Below are positions 7,958 to 16,464 of a DNA stretch of 64,000 nt, in pieces (position 1 is the stretch's first letter; each line of letters opens with the position of its first letter). The stretch comes from Candidatus Magasanikiibacteriota bacterium (GTDB lineage: Bacteria > Patescibacteriota > Patescibacteriia > Magasanikbacterales > GWA2-37-8). Where the stretch lies: assembly GCA_943359595.1 (NCBI GenBank), contig CALRIA010000001.1, positions 11,654 through 75,653 of the forward strand. Direction: 5' to 3'. The translations under genes and the position numbers were made by a program. A model generated the notes under the pieces. The model was not told the DNA's origin. It made no database searches and saw only the letters and a list, made by a program, of their open reading frames with translations.

Positions 7958-8863
7958 CTAGAAGTCAACTTCGTAGGGGTGACGGTTCGGATCGTTGAGC
8001 AGCTTGATTACGCGCAGGCGATGACGCAGGAAGGCATCGGAATTCTCGAGAGAAACACTGGTTGGATGTACGAACAGTGGAATCGAGAAGCGATCTCCAC
8101 AGGCCGCTTGCGGATTGACCACCCGATGCTTGGTGGATTTGAGAACGCCGTGCGTGTGGACGGCCAACATGTCGCCAATGTTTACAACCAGAGCCCCAGG
8201 AGGGTTGGTTGCATCCACCCAGCGATTCTGCCGGCTCTTCACCTGCAAGCCCGGCACGGTAGCCGGAACGAGCAAAGTGATCAGATTGATGTCAAAGTGA
8301 GCGCCGGAGCGATTCACCTTTTCATCTCCCTGCATTGCCGGGTAGTGAATGGGGCGCAACAGATTGCGACCATTCTCGATCCAAGCAACGAAGAACTCCG
8401 GATCACGCCGCAGATGGACGGCAATTGCCCGTAACACCTGTTTGCCCGTCTCCTTGAGGGCACTGTGCAATTCCAGCATCGTCGAACCGAACTCCGGGAC
8501 TTCAGTCGGGAACTCATTCCCAACGTTGGCCAGAGGGTCGTTGACATGCCAGAAACGCATGTTATTGGGCTGTTTGTGTCCCGCCGAGGTTTCCGTTCGG
8601 GGGGGGGTGTAGCCGTATTGGCGCCCAATTTCTTTGAACTCGTACACCAGACGCTGTTCCTCAGTCATGTCGGTCAGGTAGACCTGCTTTGCGACTTTGA
8701 ACGCCCGCTGTACCAACTCGTCGTCCACGCCATGACCGGTTACCGAGGCGAACCCAGTATTCCGAAAGGCGAGACCGAGCATGTCGGCGATGCGAAGATC
8801 ATTGTCGTTGCCGTGTTTTCCAAACCCGTTCATGTTTACTACAGGAATACCCTGTGGTTTCAT
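7958..8863 (-). CDS. 2OG-Fe(II) dioxygenase, isopenicillin N synthase-like family, GC-rich
   Basis: HFD...GLQV...VVNIGDML...STKHRV...RFSIPLF gives the HxD..H triad and RxS; DIOX_N-like N-terminus; GAGGT SD. Confidence 0.92.
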   Translation of the reverse strand: MKPQGIPVVNMNGFGKHGNDNDLRIADMLGLAFRNTGFASVTGHGVDDELVQRAFKVAKQVYLTDMTEEQRLVYEFKEIGRQYGYTPPRTETSAGHKQPNNMRFWHVNDPLANVGNEFPTEVPEFGSTMLELHSALKETGKQVLRAIAVHLRRDPEFFVAWIENGRNLLRPIHYPAMQGDEKVNRSGAHFDINLITLLVPATVPGLQVKSRQNRWVDATNPPGALVVNIGDMLAVHTHGVLKSTKHRVVNPQAACGDRFSIPLFVHPTSVSLENSDAFLRHRLRVIKLLNDPNRHPYEVDF

Positions 8864-8909
8864 GGCCTACCTCACATTTGCGCAATATTTCAGCGCGTGT
8901 TAAGAGGCT

Positions 8910-8938
8910 ATACTAATAAATAAGTATATAATTGTCAA
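8910..8938 (-). promoter_or_regulatory. sigma70 promoter of oxygenase
   Basis: TTGACA-N17-TAGTAT on minus strand. Confidence 0.7.
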
Positions 8939-9046
8939 ATTAAATTAAAAACAAATAATTATTATTGGTTAGTATAGCAAGTATGATTGGCAACTTTTTA
9001 TTTTAGTTATTTTATGATAAACTAAAGAGACTTTAAATATTTTTTT

Positions 9047-10225
9047 ATGTTAAAAAAAGAACCGACAGTGGTTTTGCATCAGGGTGTTTACAAAAAAACC
9101 ATAGGTATCAATAATGCAGTTTTTATGATTACCGGCATGACGATTGGTGCCGGTATTTTGGGGATCCCTTATGTGGTGGCACAAGTAGGAATTTGGATTG
9201 GAGTGACGTATATTTTAGTTCTTGGGATGATGATGTTGTTTTTGAATTTGATGATTGGTGAGATTACTGTACGCACTAGAGAAAGTTTTCAACTGCCTGG
9301 TTTAGTAGGAAAATATTTAGGTGGTCCCGCTAAAATCTTGATGTCAGTGATTATTATATTTAGTGGTCTGGGTACACTGTTGGCCTATTTGGTAGGAGAA
9401 GGTGAATCTTTGGCTGGTATTTTTGGTGGTTCTCCTGCTTGGTGGACGGTGATGTTTTGGACTGTTGGAAGTGTATTGGTGTGGCGGGGGTTACAAACGG
9501 TCAAAGTAATTGAAAAAATTTTAAGTATTTTAGTGATTGCTATTATTTTGGGCTTATCGATGGCTTTTTTACCCCATCTACAAGTGATAAATTTTAGTTA
9601 TTTAAATTGGGGTAAAATTTTTCTACCCTACGGTATAATTTTATTTGCTCTTCATGCGGCTCCGTCTATCGCTGAAGCGCATGCTTTATTGCCAAATAAT
9701 CAACAACAATTTAGAAAGGCGTTGATTGTTGGCACTTTGATTCCAATTTTTGTATATATTATCTTTGCTTTCGCGGTTGTTGGGGTCATGGGAAAAGAAA
9801 CTACCGAAATAGCTACTTTGGGTTTAGGAAACAAATTTGGTTCTTGGGTCAGGATATTTGCCAATATTTTTGCTGTGTTTGCGATGGGGACTGGGTTTAT
9901 GGGTTTGGGAATAGCCTTAAAACAAAGTTTGATATGGGATTGGAAAATATCATCATTTTTAGCCACTTTCTTAGTTATTTTGACTCCGTTGACTTTTTTT
10001 ATGGCTGGCTGGAGAAATTTTGTAGATATTTTAGGGATAGTCGGGGGATTATTTTTGGGTATTGAAGCAATACTGATGACTTTAGTATATTGGAAAGCCA
10101 AGGAAAATGGTGACTTACCAATAGATAATTATAAATTACCTTGGGCTGGTTTATTGACAATTTTGGTATTTGTGGTATTTACAATTGTTACACTAGTTAG
10201 TATAATTCAACTTATTCATTTTTGA
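9047..10225 (+). CDS. Aromatic amino acid permease (HAAAP / Trp-Tyr permease family)
   Basis: GMTIGAGILGIP motif; ~11 TM helices. Confidence 0.85.
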   Translation: MLKKEPTVVLHQGVYKKTIGINNAVFMITGMTIGAGILGIPYVVAQVGIWIGVTYILVLGMMMLFLNLMIGEITVRTRESFQLPGLVGKYLGGPAKILMSVIIIFSGLGTLLAYLVGEGESLAGIFGGSPAWWTVMFWTVGSVLVWRGLQTVKVIEKILSILVIAIILGLSMAFLPHLQVINFSYLNWGKIFLPYGIILFALHAAPSIAEAHALLPNNQQQFRKALIVGTLIPIFVYIIFAFAVVGVMGKETTEIATLGLGNKFGSWVRIFANIFAVFAMGTGFMGLGIALKQSLIWDWKISSFLATFLVILTPLTFFMAGWRNFVDILGIVGGLFLGIEAILMTLVYWKAKENGDLPIDNYKLPWAGLLTILVFVVFTIVTLVSIIQLIHF

Positions 10226-10303
10226 CGGTGTTAGTTGTTGCTATGTGTAAGGTCGGTTACTTATCAACAACTTCCTTCTGTCGTTAATTTTTTTAAATAA
10301 ACT

Positions 10304-11455
10304 ATGTCTAATAATTTTGTTTTTACCTCAGAATCCGTAACCGAAGGTCATCCAGATAAAATCTGTGATCAGATTTCTGATGCAGTTTTAGATAAATTGA
10401 TTGGTCAGGATCCAAAATCACATGTCGCTGTCGAATGTTTTACTACTACTGGTTTGGTAATTGTTGGCGGTGAAGTCACTACTAATGGTTATGCCGATGT
10501 GCAACAAATCGTTCGTGGTGTCTTGACTGATATCGGTTATACCGATCCAGCTTATGGAATTGATGGGGAACATGCTGGCGTACTAGTTTCTATCCATGAA
10601 CAATCTCCAGATATTGCTCAAGGTGTGGATAAAACTGCTATTGAAGAACAAGGTGCCGGAGATCAAGGCTTGATGTTTGGTTACGCTTGTAATGAAACTG
10701 AAGAGCTGATGCCGTTGCCAATTTCTTTGGCGCACAAATTGGCCAAACGTTTGGCTGAAGTGCGTAAAAGTGGTGAGATTCCATATTTGCGTCCTGATGG
10801 CAAATCTCAGGTGGCTGTTGAGTATGTGGATGGAAAACCAACCCGTTTGCAAAATGTAGTAATTTCTACTCAACATCACGATTCTGCTACCAATGAGCAG
10901 ATCCGTGCCGATGTCACTGAAAAGGTAATCAAACCAGTTTGTGAAAAATATATGGATGACAAAACTGATCTATTTATCAATATGACTGGTCGTTTTGTTA
11001 TCGGCGGTCCTCAAGGTGATACTGGTCTGACTGGTCGTAAAATTATCGTTGATACCTACGGTGGGATGGGTCGTCATGGTGGGGGATGTTTTTCTGGTAA
11101 AGATCCAAGTAAAGTAGATCGTTCAGGTGCTTATATGGCTCGTTATGTGGCCAAAAATATCGTGGCTGCGGATTTGGCTGATAGATGTGAGGTACAGGTG
11201 GCTTATGTTATCGGTCGCGCTGAACCAACTAGTATTCGTGTGGATAGTTTTGGTACTGGAAAAGTAGCTGATGAAAAATTGGAAGAAGCGGTAAAAGCAG
11301 TGTTTGATTTCCGTCCTGGTAAAATTATCGAAAAACTTGATCTGCTCAAGCCAATTTATCGCGCTACTTCGGCCTATGGGCATTTTGGTCATGCTGAATT
11401 TCCTTGGGAAAAAACTGATAAAGTTACTGATCTGAAAAAAGCCGCTGGCGTATAA
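10304..11455 (+). CDS. metK: S-adenosylmethionine synthetase
   Basis: [35 protein letters not shown] signatures. Confidence 0.98.
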   Translation: MSNNFVFTSESVTEGHPDKICDQISDAVLDKLIGQDPKSHVAVECFTTTGLVIVGGEVTTNGYADVQQIVRGVLTDIGYTDPAYGIDGEHAGVLVSIHEQSPDIAQGVDKTAIEEQGAGDQGLMFGYACNETEELMPLPISLAHKLAKRLAEVRKSGEIPYLRPDGKSQVAVEYVDGKPTRLQNVVISTQHHDSATNEQIRADVTEKVIKPVCEKYMDDKTDLFINMTGRFVIGGPQGDTGLTGRKIIVDTYGGMGRHGGGCFSGKDPSKVDRSGAYMARYVAKNIVAADLADRCEVQVAYVIGRAEPTSIRVDSFGTGKVADEKLEEAVKAVFDFRPGKIIEKLDLLKPIYRATSAYGHFGHAEFPWEKTDKVTDLKKAAGV

Positions 11456-11466
11456 AATAAAGGTAT

Positions 11467-11501
11467 AAAAAAAGACAGGTATAAAATACCTGTCTTTTTT
11501 T
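11467..11501. terminator. Bidirectional terminator
   Basis: aaaaaaagacaggtat-aaa-atacctgtcttttttt between convergent genes. Confidence 0.85.
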
Positions 11502-11510
11502 ATCGTATTT

Positions 11511-13262
11511 TTATTTTACCAAATTTCCTTTTTTGCTTCCCAAATCATTAACCGATAAAATATTGTTTATTGCAGCTTTATTTAACATAAATAATTTACC
11601 AGTAGTTTTGTCATTAGCGGTGAATCTAATATCATTTATTAGATTGATATTTTTTCCAATTTGTTCTGGTGTTGGTATTGTGACCACTTCAAAATATAAT
11701 CCGGTTTGGCTGTTTGGTGGAAGCTCGCGGTAATTCCAATTCATCGTGTGAGAACTTTCGTTAAAAGTTAAACTTGGACCGATAGAAACACTTTGTTTGC
11801 CAGTAAAATTTATACCATTAGATAAAGTAGCGGAAAAAACTGCATCGCGAACTGGATTGGTAGTATTTTTTATACTGACAAAAATCCAATATTTGGTAGC
11901 TTCGCCAATTTGTGGTGGTAGTGGACCACGTCCCAATTGATCACCTTCATTGGAGAAATATCGAGCTTCAGATATTAAACTCAATTCGGTAGACAGAATA
12001 ATTTTTGCTGATTCACCAGAGGATGAAAATCGTTGTCCTGGAATATTTTTTAATTCGGAGTTAAACGACGGTTTTATTTCTAGTATAGCATTTTCTACGG
12101 CGCCAACGTTAAAAGTTGGTAATAGATAGATTTTAAAATCAAATTGATTTGTGGATTTTGTTTGGCTGTTGGCTAGGGCAGTGCGTTCGTTAGCGCTAAT
12201 CAATAGGTCATTACCGTCGATTTTAAATCCATTTTCTTTAGCAGTAATTTTGAGATCGACAACACCAGGAGTAAAAGCAATTCGTATATAAGAGTTTCGT
12301 AATTCATATTGCCCATTATTTTGCCAGCTAACACTAGCGTTAAGCACCTGGTTTGGTTGAGCAAAAGTAAGGTTGTCTGTCAATTTACTTGATATACTGA
12401 CATCGTGAGAAAAAGACTTTACTGTTATTTGGTTGTTTAATATATCTATTGGTTGATTGTTGATTTTGGCATTTACTAAAACATTTAGATTATATTCACC
12501 AGATTTGGCTGGCATAATAATTTCGCCAGTAATTAATTTTTCAGCATTTTTTTCTAAAGTAATATTTTGCAAATCAGTGTCTTTTAAATTGATAATTTTT
12601 CCAGGAAAATTAATATTAAAATTTAATCCTTCAAGCTTGGAATCCGAAGTATTTACTATTTTATAGACAAATGGTACGTGGTTGTTTGCAAAAGAAGTAG
12701 TAGCCATTTCTAATGAGGCTTTTAAAATACTATCGGATAGGTTTACTAAAAATGATCCGAGTTTTTGTTCGCGATATTTGGATTTTTCTGGTAGATAGGA
12801 AAATAGGGCAGAAATTTTTTCATCTTGTTTTGGTAATATCCAAAGATGACCGTATATCTCCACTTGACTGCTGGCACCTGGACGCAATTCTTTGAGTTCA
12901 AAAGTGGAGTCATCTCTAAATGTAGTAGTTGGTGTAAGATCGCGATCCACTATAAAACCATCTGGTAGATGTAGAGCTAGAATTGGTTCAGATAGATAAT
13001 ATTTACTCCTATTTTTATAATTGATTGTTATTTTAGTTAGCTCACCACTTTTGATTCGATTTGAGCCTAAAGATATCTTTATGTCAATTTGATCAGTTAA
13101 ACCAGGGTTCCAAAAAAAGAAAAAAAGCGTAGATCCTAGCATTGTAGTGGCTACGGCTAACAAAAATAGATCAAACGCAAAAAGTTTTTTGGCATGATTG
13201 TAAACCTTGTGATAGTGTAAGTGATAATGTCTATGGAAAAAGTTGTAAATTATTTTAAACAT
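11511..13262 (-). CDS. Membrane-anchored surface protein with repeated Ig-like/DUF11-like beta domains
   Basis: His-rich N-terminus, one TM, repeated beta-rich modules; GPLPPQIGEATKY motif. Confidence 0.6.
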   Translation of the reverse strand: MFKIIYNFFHRHYHLHYHKVYNHAKKLFAFDLFLLAVATTMLGSTLFFFFWNPGLTDQIDIKISLGSNRIKSGELTKITINYKNRSKYYLSEPILALHLPDGFIVDRDLTPTTTFRDDSTFELKELRPGASSQVEIYGHLWILPKQDEKISALFSYLPEKSKYREQKLGSFLVNLSDSILKASLEMATTSFANNHVPFVYKIVNTSDSKLEGLNFNINFPGKIINLKDTDLQNITLEKNAEKLITGEIIMPAKSGEYNLNVLVNAKINNQPIDILNNQITVKSFSHDVSISSKLTDNLTFAQPNQVLNASVSWQNNGQYELRNSYIRIAFTPGVVDLKITAKENGFKIDGNDLLISANERTALANSQTKSTNQFDFKIYLLPTFNVGAVENAILEIKPSFNSELKNIPGQRFSSSGESAKIILSTELSLISEARYFSNEGDQLGRGPLPPQIGEATKYWIFVSIKNTTNPVRDAVFSATLSNGINFTGKQSVSIGPSLTFNESSHTMNWNYRELPPNSQTGLYFEVVTIPTPEQIGKNINLINDIRFTANDKTTGKLFMLNKAAINNILSVNDLGSKKGNLVK

Positions 13263-13276
13263 AAATCGCTGAAAAT

Positions 13277-13714
13277 TTAAATGGCCATTTGCAATTTACT
13301 TTTTATACCAACGATATTTTCTTCGCATTTTTCTATACGACCATCTTGCTCCAAATTTTTGTTGGTGTGAACTTTTGAATTAGAATTTACTGCGTATAAT
13401 TCTTGAAGAGTTGTGTTGGCAGTAACAGTTAACATATCGATAGCAGTTTTGAGATCGGTAATATCACTACGAACATCTTTGATTTCTCCACGAATATCCT
13501 TGATTTCTTCATGAACATCTTTAATATCACCTTTGGTGGCTGATTGTTCTACTAAAATATCAAGCATGGTTTTTTGTTCATCCAATTGTTTGCCGTGTTC
13601 ACCAAGTACTTTTCTTATTTCTTTAAATTCTGTATCGTGATCGGTAAGTTTTTTTCTTACCTCTTTAAATTCTACATCATGTTCGCCAAGTTTTTTTAGA
13701 ATTGTTTCCTCCAT
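13277..13714 (-). CDS. Coiled-coil repeat protein (KKLxEHD repeats, SATKGD beta-layer motif)
   Basis: Heptad repeats; paralog of 227..532. Confidence 0.75.
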   Translation of the reverse strand: MEETILKKLGEHDVEFKEVRKKLTDHDTEFKEIRKVLGEHGKQLDEQKTMLDILVEQSATKGDIKDVHEEIKDIRGEIKDVRSDITDLKTAIDMLTVTANTTLQELYAVNSNSKVHTNKNLEQDGRIEKCEENIVGIKSKLQMAI

Positions 13715-13798
13715 ATTTTATAATTATTTAGTATACTTTTATGTTACCCCTATATTACCCCAAAAACCATATTTGGTCAAACAAAAAACTCGACCATT

Positions 13799-14098
13799 TT
13801 AGTCGAGTTTTGTAGTTATTTTTTCTTCGGTTGGTTGTTTGGTAATCGATTTGGGGTTGGGGGAGTAGAGCGGATTTTTAATCTTCCATTTTTCTACGAA
13901 TTGCCCGATGCCTTTGTTGGCTAGTTTGTTTTTTACGGTGGTGTGGTGCTGAGACCATTTTACCAGACTTTCAAAATTTACCTTATAACGACCAGCCACT
14001 ATTACATAAGTGATTTCTTGAGCTGAGATGGCGCGACGAATGGTTTGGGAGTTTACTCCAAAAAGACGGGCAGCTTCAGAAATAGATACTCTGATCAT
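13799..14098 (-). CDS. Excisionase/MerR-like helix-turn-helix (HTH_17) protein
   Basis: VSISEAARLFGVNSQTIRRAI...YKVNFESL; ATG 14098, ORF open up to TTG 14203. Confidence 0.75.
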   Translation of the reverse strand: MIRVSISEAARLFGVNSQTIRRAISAQEITYVIVAGRYKVNFESLVKWSQHHTTVKNKLANKGIGQFVEKWKIKNPLYSPNPKSITKQPTEEKITTKLD

Positions 14099-14348
14099 TT
14101 CTTTTGGTTTTTGGTCGATATTAGTGAGAGTTGTTTTTGAGTCTTCCACAAGATTTGTATACACTAGTCTATACAAATTACTGGATTTTTGTGTTTTTGT
14201 CAAGTTTAATTGTTGATTTGGGAGAGATTTTTTATTAGCGGTGATTTAACGATTAAATAGACGATATTTACGTATTTGACCAATGTTATCATTTTTGCTA
14301 TCATATGCTTTATCGCTTTTGGCAGACTCGACCATATTCGAAGGTAAG

Positions 14349-14374
14349 TGTAACACTTTTAACTTTCTCTCGTC
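14349..14374 (+). promoter_or_regulatory. ECF-type promoter, probably autoregulatory
   Basis: TGTAAC-N16-CGTC ending 7 nt before ATG 14382. Confidence 0.65.
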
Positions 14375-14381
14375 TTCTATA

Positions 14382-14939
14382 ATGTCAAACGTGATTAAAG
14401 AGAAAATTCTTCTCTACAAGATATATACAAAGAAAGATACGGACGCTTACGCTGAACTCTACGATCTGTATGTTAAACGAATTTATCGGTTCGTTTTTTT
14501 TAAGGTTGGCAGTCATGAGAACGCCGAAGATGTAACATCAGAAGTGTTTTTGAAAGTTTGGCAATATTTGATTGGTGGTACCGATTCAGTATCAGATATC
14601 AAAAGTTTTAGCGGCCTGCTCTATCGGATCGCGCGCAACAGTATTATCGATTTTTATCGCGCCAGAGCTGTCCAAAATGAAGTACCAATAAATGAAGATA
14701 CCGATCTAAGTGATAGTGGAAGTTGGTATGGGCAACTAGGTGATAAGATTGAAACTGAAAAAATTATTCAAACAATCAAAAAATTGAAACAAGAGTATCA
14801 GGAAGTTTTGACATTAAAGTATGTTGATGAGCTCGAGATAAGAGAAATTGCTGAAATTACTAGCAAAGGACAGATTGCGGTTCGAGTTACACTCCATCGC
14901 GCCTTAAAAAAATTAAAAGAAATATTGGGGAAAAATTAA
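14382..14939 (+). CDS. ECF (sigma-24-type) RNA polymerase sigma factor
   Basis: Region 2 AEDVTSEVFLKVW...LYRIARNSIIDFYR; region 4 EIAEITSK...VRVTLHRALKKLK. Confidence 0.93.
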   Translation: MSNVIKEKILLYKIYTKKDTDAYAELYDLYVKRIYRFVFFKVGSHENAEDVTSEVFLKVWQYLIGGTDSVSDIKSFSGLLYRIARNSIIDFYRARAVQNEVPINEDTDLSDSGSWYGQLGDKIETEKIIQTIKKLKQEYQEVLTLKYVDELEIREIAEITSKGQIAVRVTLHRALKKLKEILGKN

Positions 14940-14943
14940 GTAT

Positions 14944-16251
14944 ATGTCGCAAGATTTAATTGCACAACTTAAACAGCTCAAGCACGGGGAAGTGAAGCCT
15001 CGACAAGAGTGGTTGAACAACAACCGCGCGCTTTTGCTATCCCAAATAAAAAATACCGTTATTCCAGAAGTACAAAAACTAAATTTTGATAGTATTTGGA
15101 ATACCATGTCATTGTTTGTTCCTCGCACTTTAGTCTTCAATGTATTTCGTCCAGTGGCTGTTCTGTTGGTAGTTTCAATCGTTGCGACTAGTGGTTGGGT
15201 GGCCAGCGTGGACGCTTCTTACAATGCTTTGCCAGGTGATTGGTTGTATCCAGCCAAACGGGCGGGTGAAAAAACTCAGGTAGCGGTGGCTGGTATGATT
15301 GGCTCGAAAAAAACCGAAACTATTTTACATTCTGAATTTGCCAAACGTCGTGCTAGTGAGACTAAGCAGCTGGTGGCTAGTAAAGATCCGCAAAAACAAG
15401 AAAAAGTAAAAGAATCTATCCAAGATTTAAAAAATGAAATTGCAAATGTTAACCAAAATTTGGAAGAAATAAAAATTGCGTCTGCTAGCAATTCAGTTTC
15501 AGCCAATATAGTTAAAGATATAAAGCAAGATTCTGAGCAGGTAAAAAATACTTTAGAAGAAGTGAAGGCGACTTTACTCATTACTTCCAATATTAACGAT
15601 ACTAGCTCTACCAAAGAAAATGCTGTGGCTATCAACGAAGTGAAAGATTTGGCCAAAGATATTTCGGTTAAAGCGGTAGAAGTGATCGTTACAAAGCACT
15701 TAGAAGGGGACAAAACAGTATCTTCGGAAGAAGTGAAGCAGGAGATCAACAATACTCTACAAACAGCATCTTCTGACGCTCAGCAGTCCAAACAAAGCGT
15801 AATCGACGTACAAGCAGTGGTAACTGCGGCCAAAGTAGGAGCCAAAGATTTGGCTACTCAGCCGACAGTCCTTGCGAGTACGACTGCTGCTCTTAACCAA
15901 AAGATTTCAGACGTGGCTATTATCACCAATAATGCAGCCGCTCAAAATAAAACGGTAACTGATAGTGTAAATAAGAAAGTGACTGAAGCAGTTGACGCAC
16001 TTAGCAAAGGTGACCTTTCCAAAGTGATGGAAAAAATGAAAGAAGCTAATACTGCTACCAAAGAGGCTGAAAAAATTTCAGATCAAATGGTTAATAATGT
16101 TCAACAATTGGTGCCGGTTGCCCCAATTATTGCCGTAACTGATCTTAAAAAAGATGCAATAGATTCAAAAGATATCAAAGTGATTCTTGATACATCTACA
16201 TCAGCTATGTCACCAATTATAAAAGTTGTTTTTCCCACAGACAAGAAATAA
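14944..16251 (+). CDS. DUF5667-containing membrane protein, candidate anti-sigma factor
   Basis: One TM then ALPGDWLYPAKRAGE motif and long helical ectodomain; directly after ECF sigma. Confidence 0.7.
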   Translation: MSQDLIAQLKQLKHGEVKPRQEWLNNNRALLLSQIKNTVIPEVQKLNFDSIWNTMSLFVPRTLVFNVFRPVAVLLVVSIVATSGWVASVDASYNALPGDWLYPAKRAGEKTQVAVAGMIGSKKTETILHSEFAKRRASETKQLVASKDPQKQEKVKESIQDLKNEIANVNQNLEEIKIASASNSVSANIVKDIKQDSEQVKNTLEEVKATLLITSNINDTSSTKENAVAINEVKDLAKDISVKAVEVIVTKHLEGDKTVSSEEVKQEINNTLQTASSDAQQSKQSVIDVQAVVTAAKVGAKDLATQPTVLASTTAALNQKISDVAIITNNAAAQNKTVTDSVNKKVTEAVDALSKGDLSKVMEKMKEANTATKEAEKISDQMVNNVQQLVPVAPIIAVTDLKKDAIDSKDIKVILDTSTSAMSPIIKVVFPTDKK

Positions 16252-16450
16252 ATTTCTTTTTCCGGGAATGACCGAGTCAATAAAGTGACGTTGTTATCCC
16301 CGGAGAGAGAAAACAAAAAATACAGTTTTGCCCCAGGTCGAGGGTTCGTAATGAACTTGCAAAACTTTGGTACGTTTCGACATTAGTCGAAACAAAATCT
16401 CATTGCGTTTGACCGTTGTATTTATATGACGCGCGCAAAACAATGAGGTA
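16252..16450 (+). other. Multi-hairpin leader of S-layer-like gene
   Basis: Stems tttctttttccggg/cccggagagagaaa, agttttgc/gcaaaact, gtttcgac/gtcgaaac, ctcattg/caatgag. Confidence 0.55.
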
Positions 16451-16464
16451 TATTAATTATATTT

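Noticed and set aside
770-8923. Long overlapping/antisense ORFs in GC-rich segments (e.g. 7096..7713, 7898..8434, 8465..8923, 4301..4489)
   Set aside because: Shadow frames expected from low stop-codon frequency; the opposite frame has recognisable motifs, SD and promoter.
6695-8990. tRNA-targeted integrative element
   Set aside because: No duplicated tRNA 3' end or recombinase seen by eye; not fully excluded.
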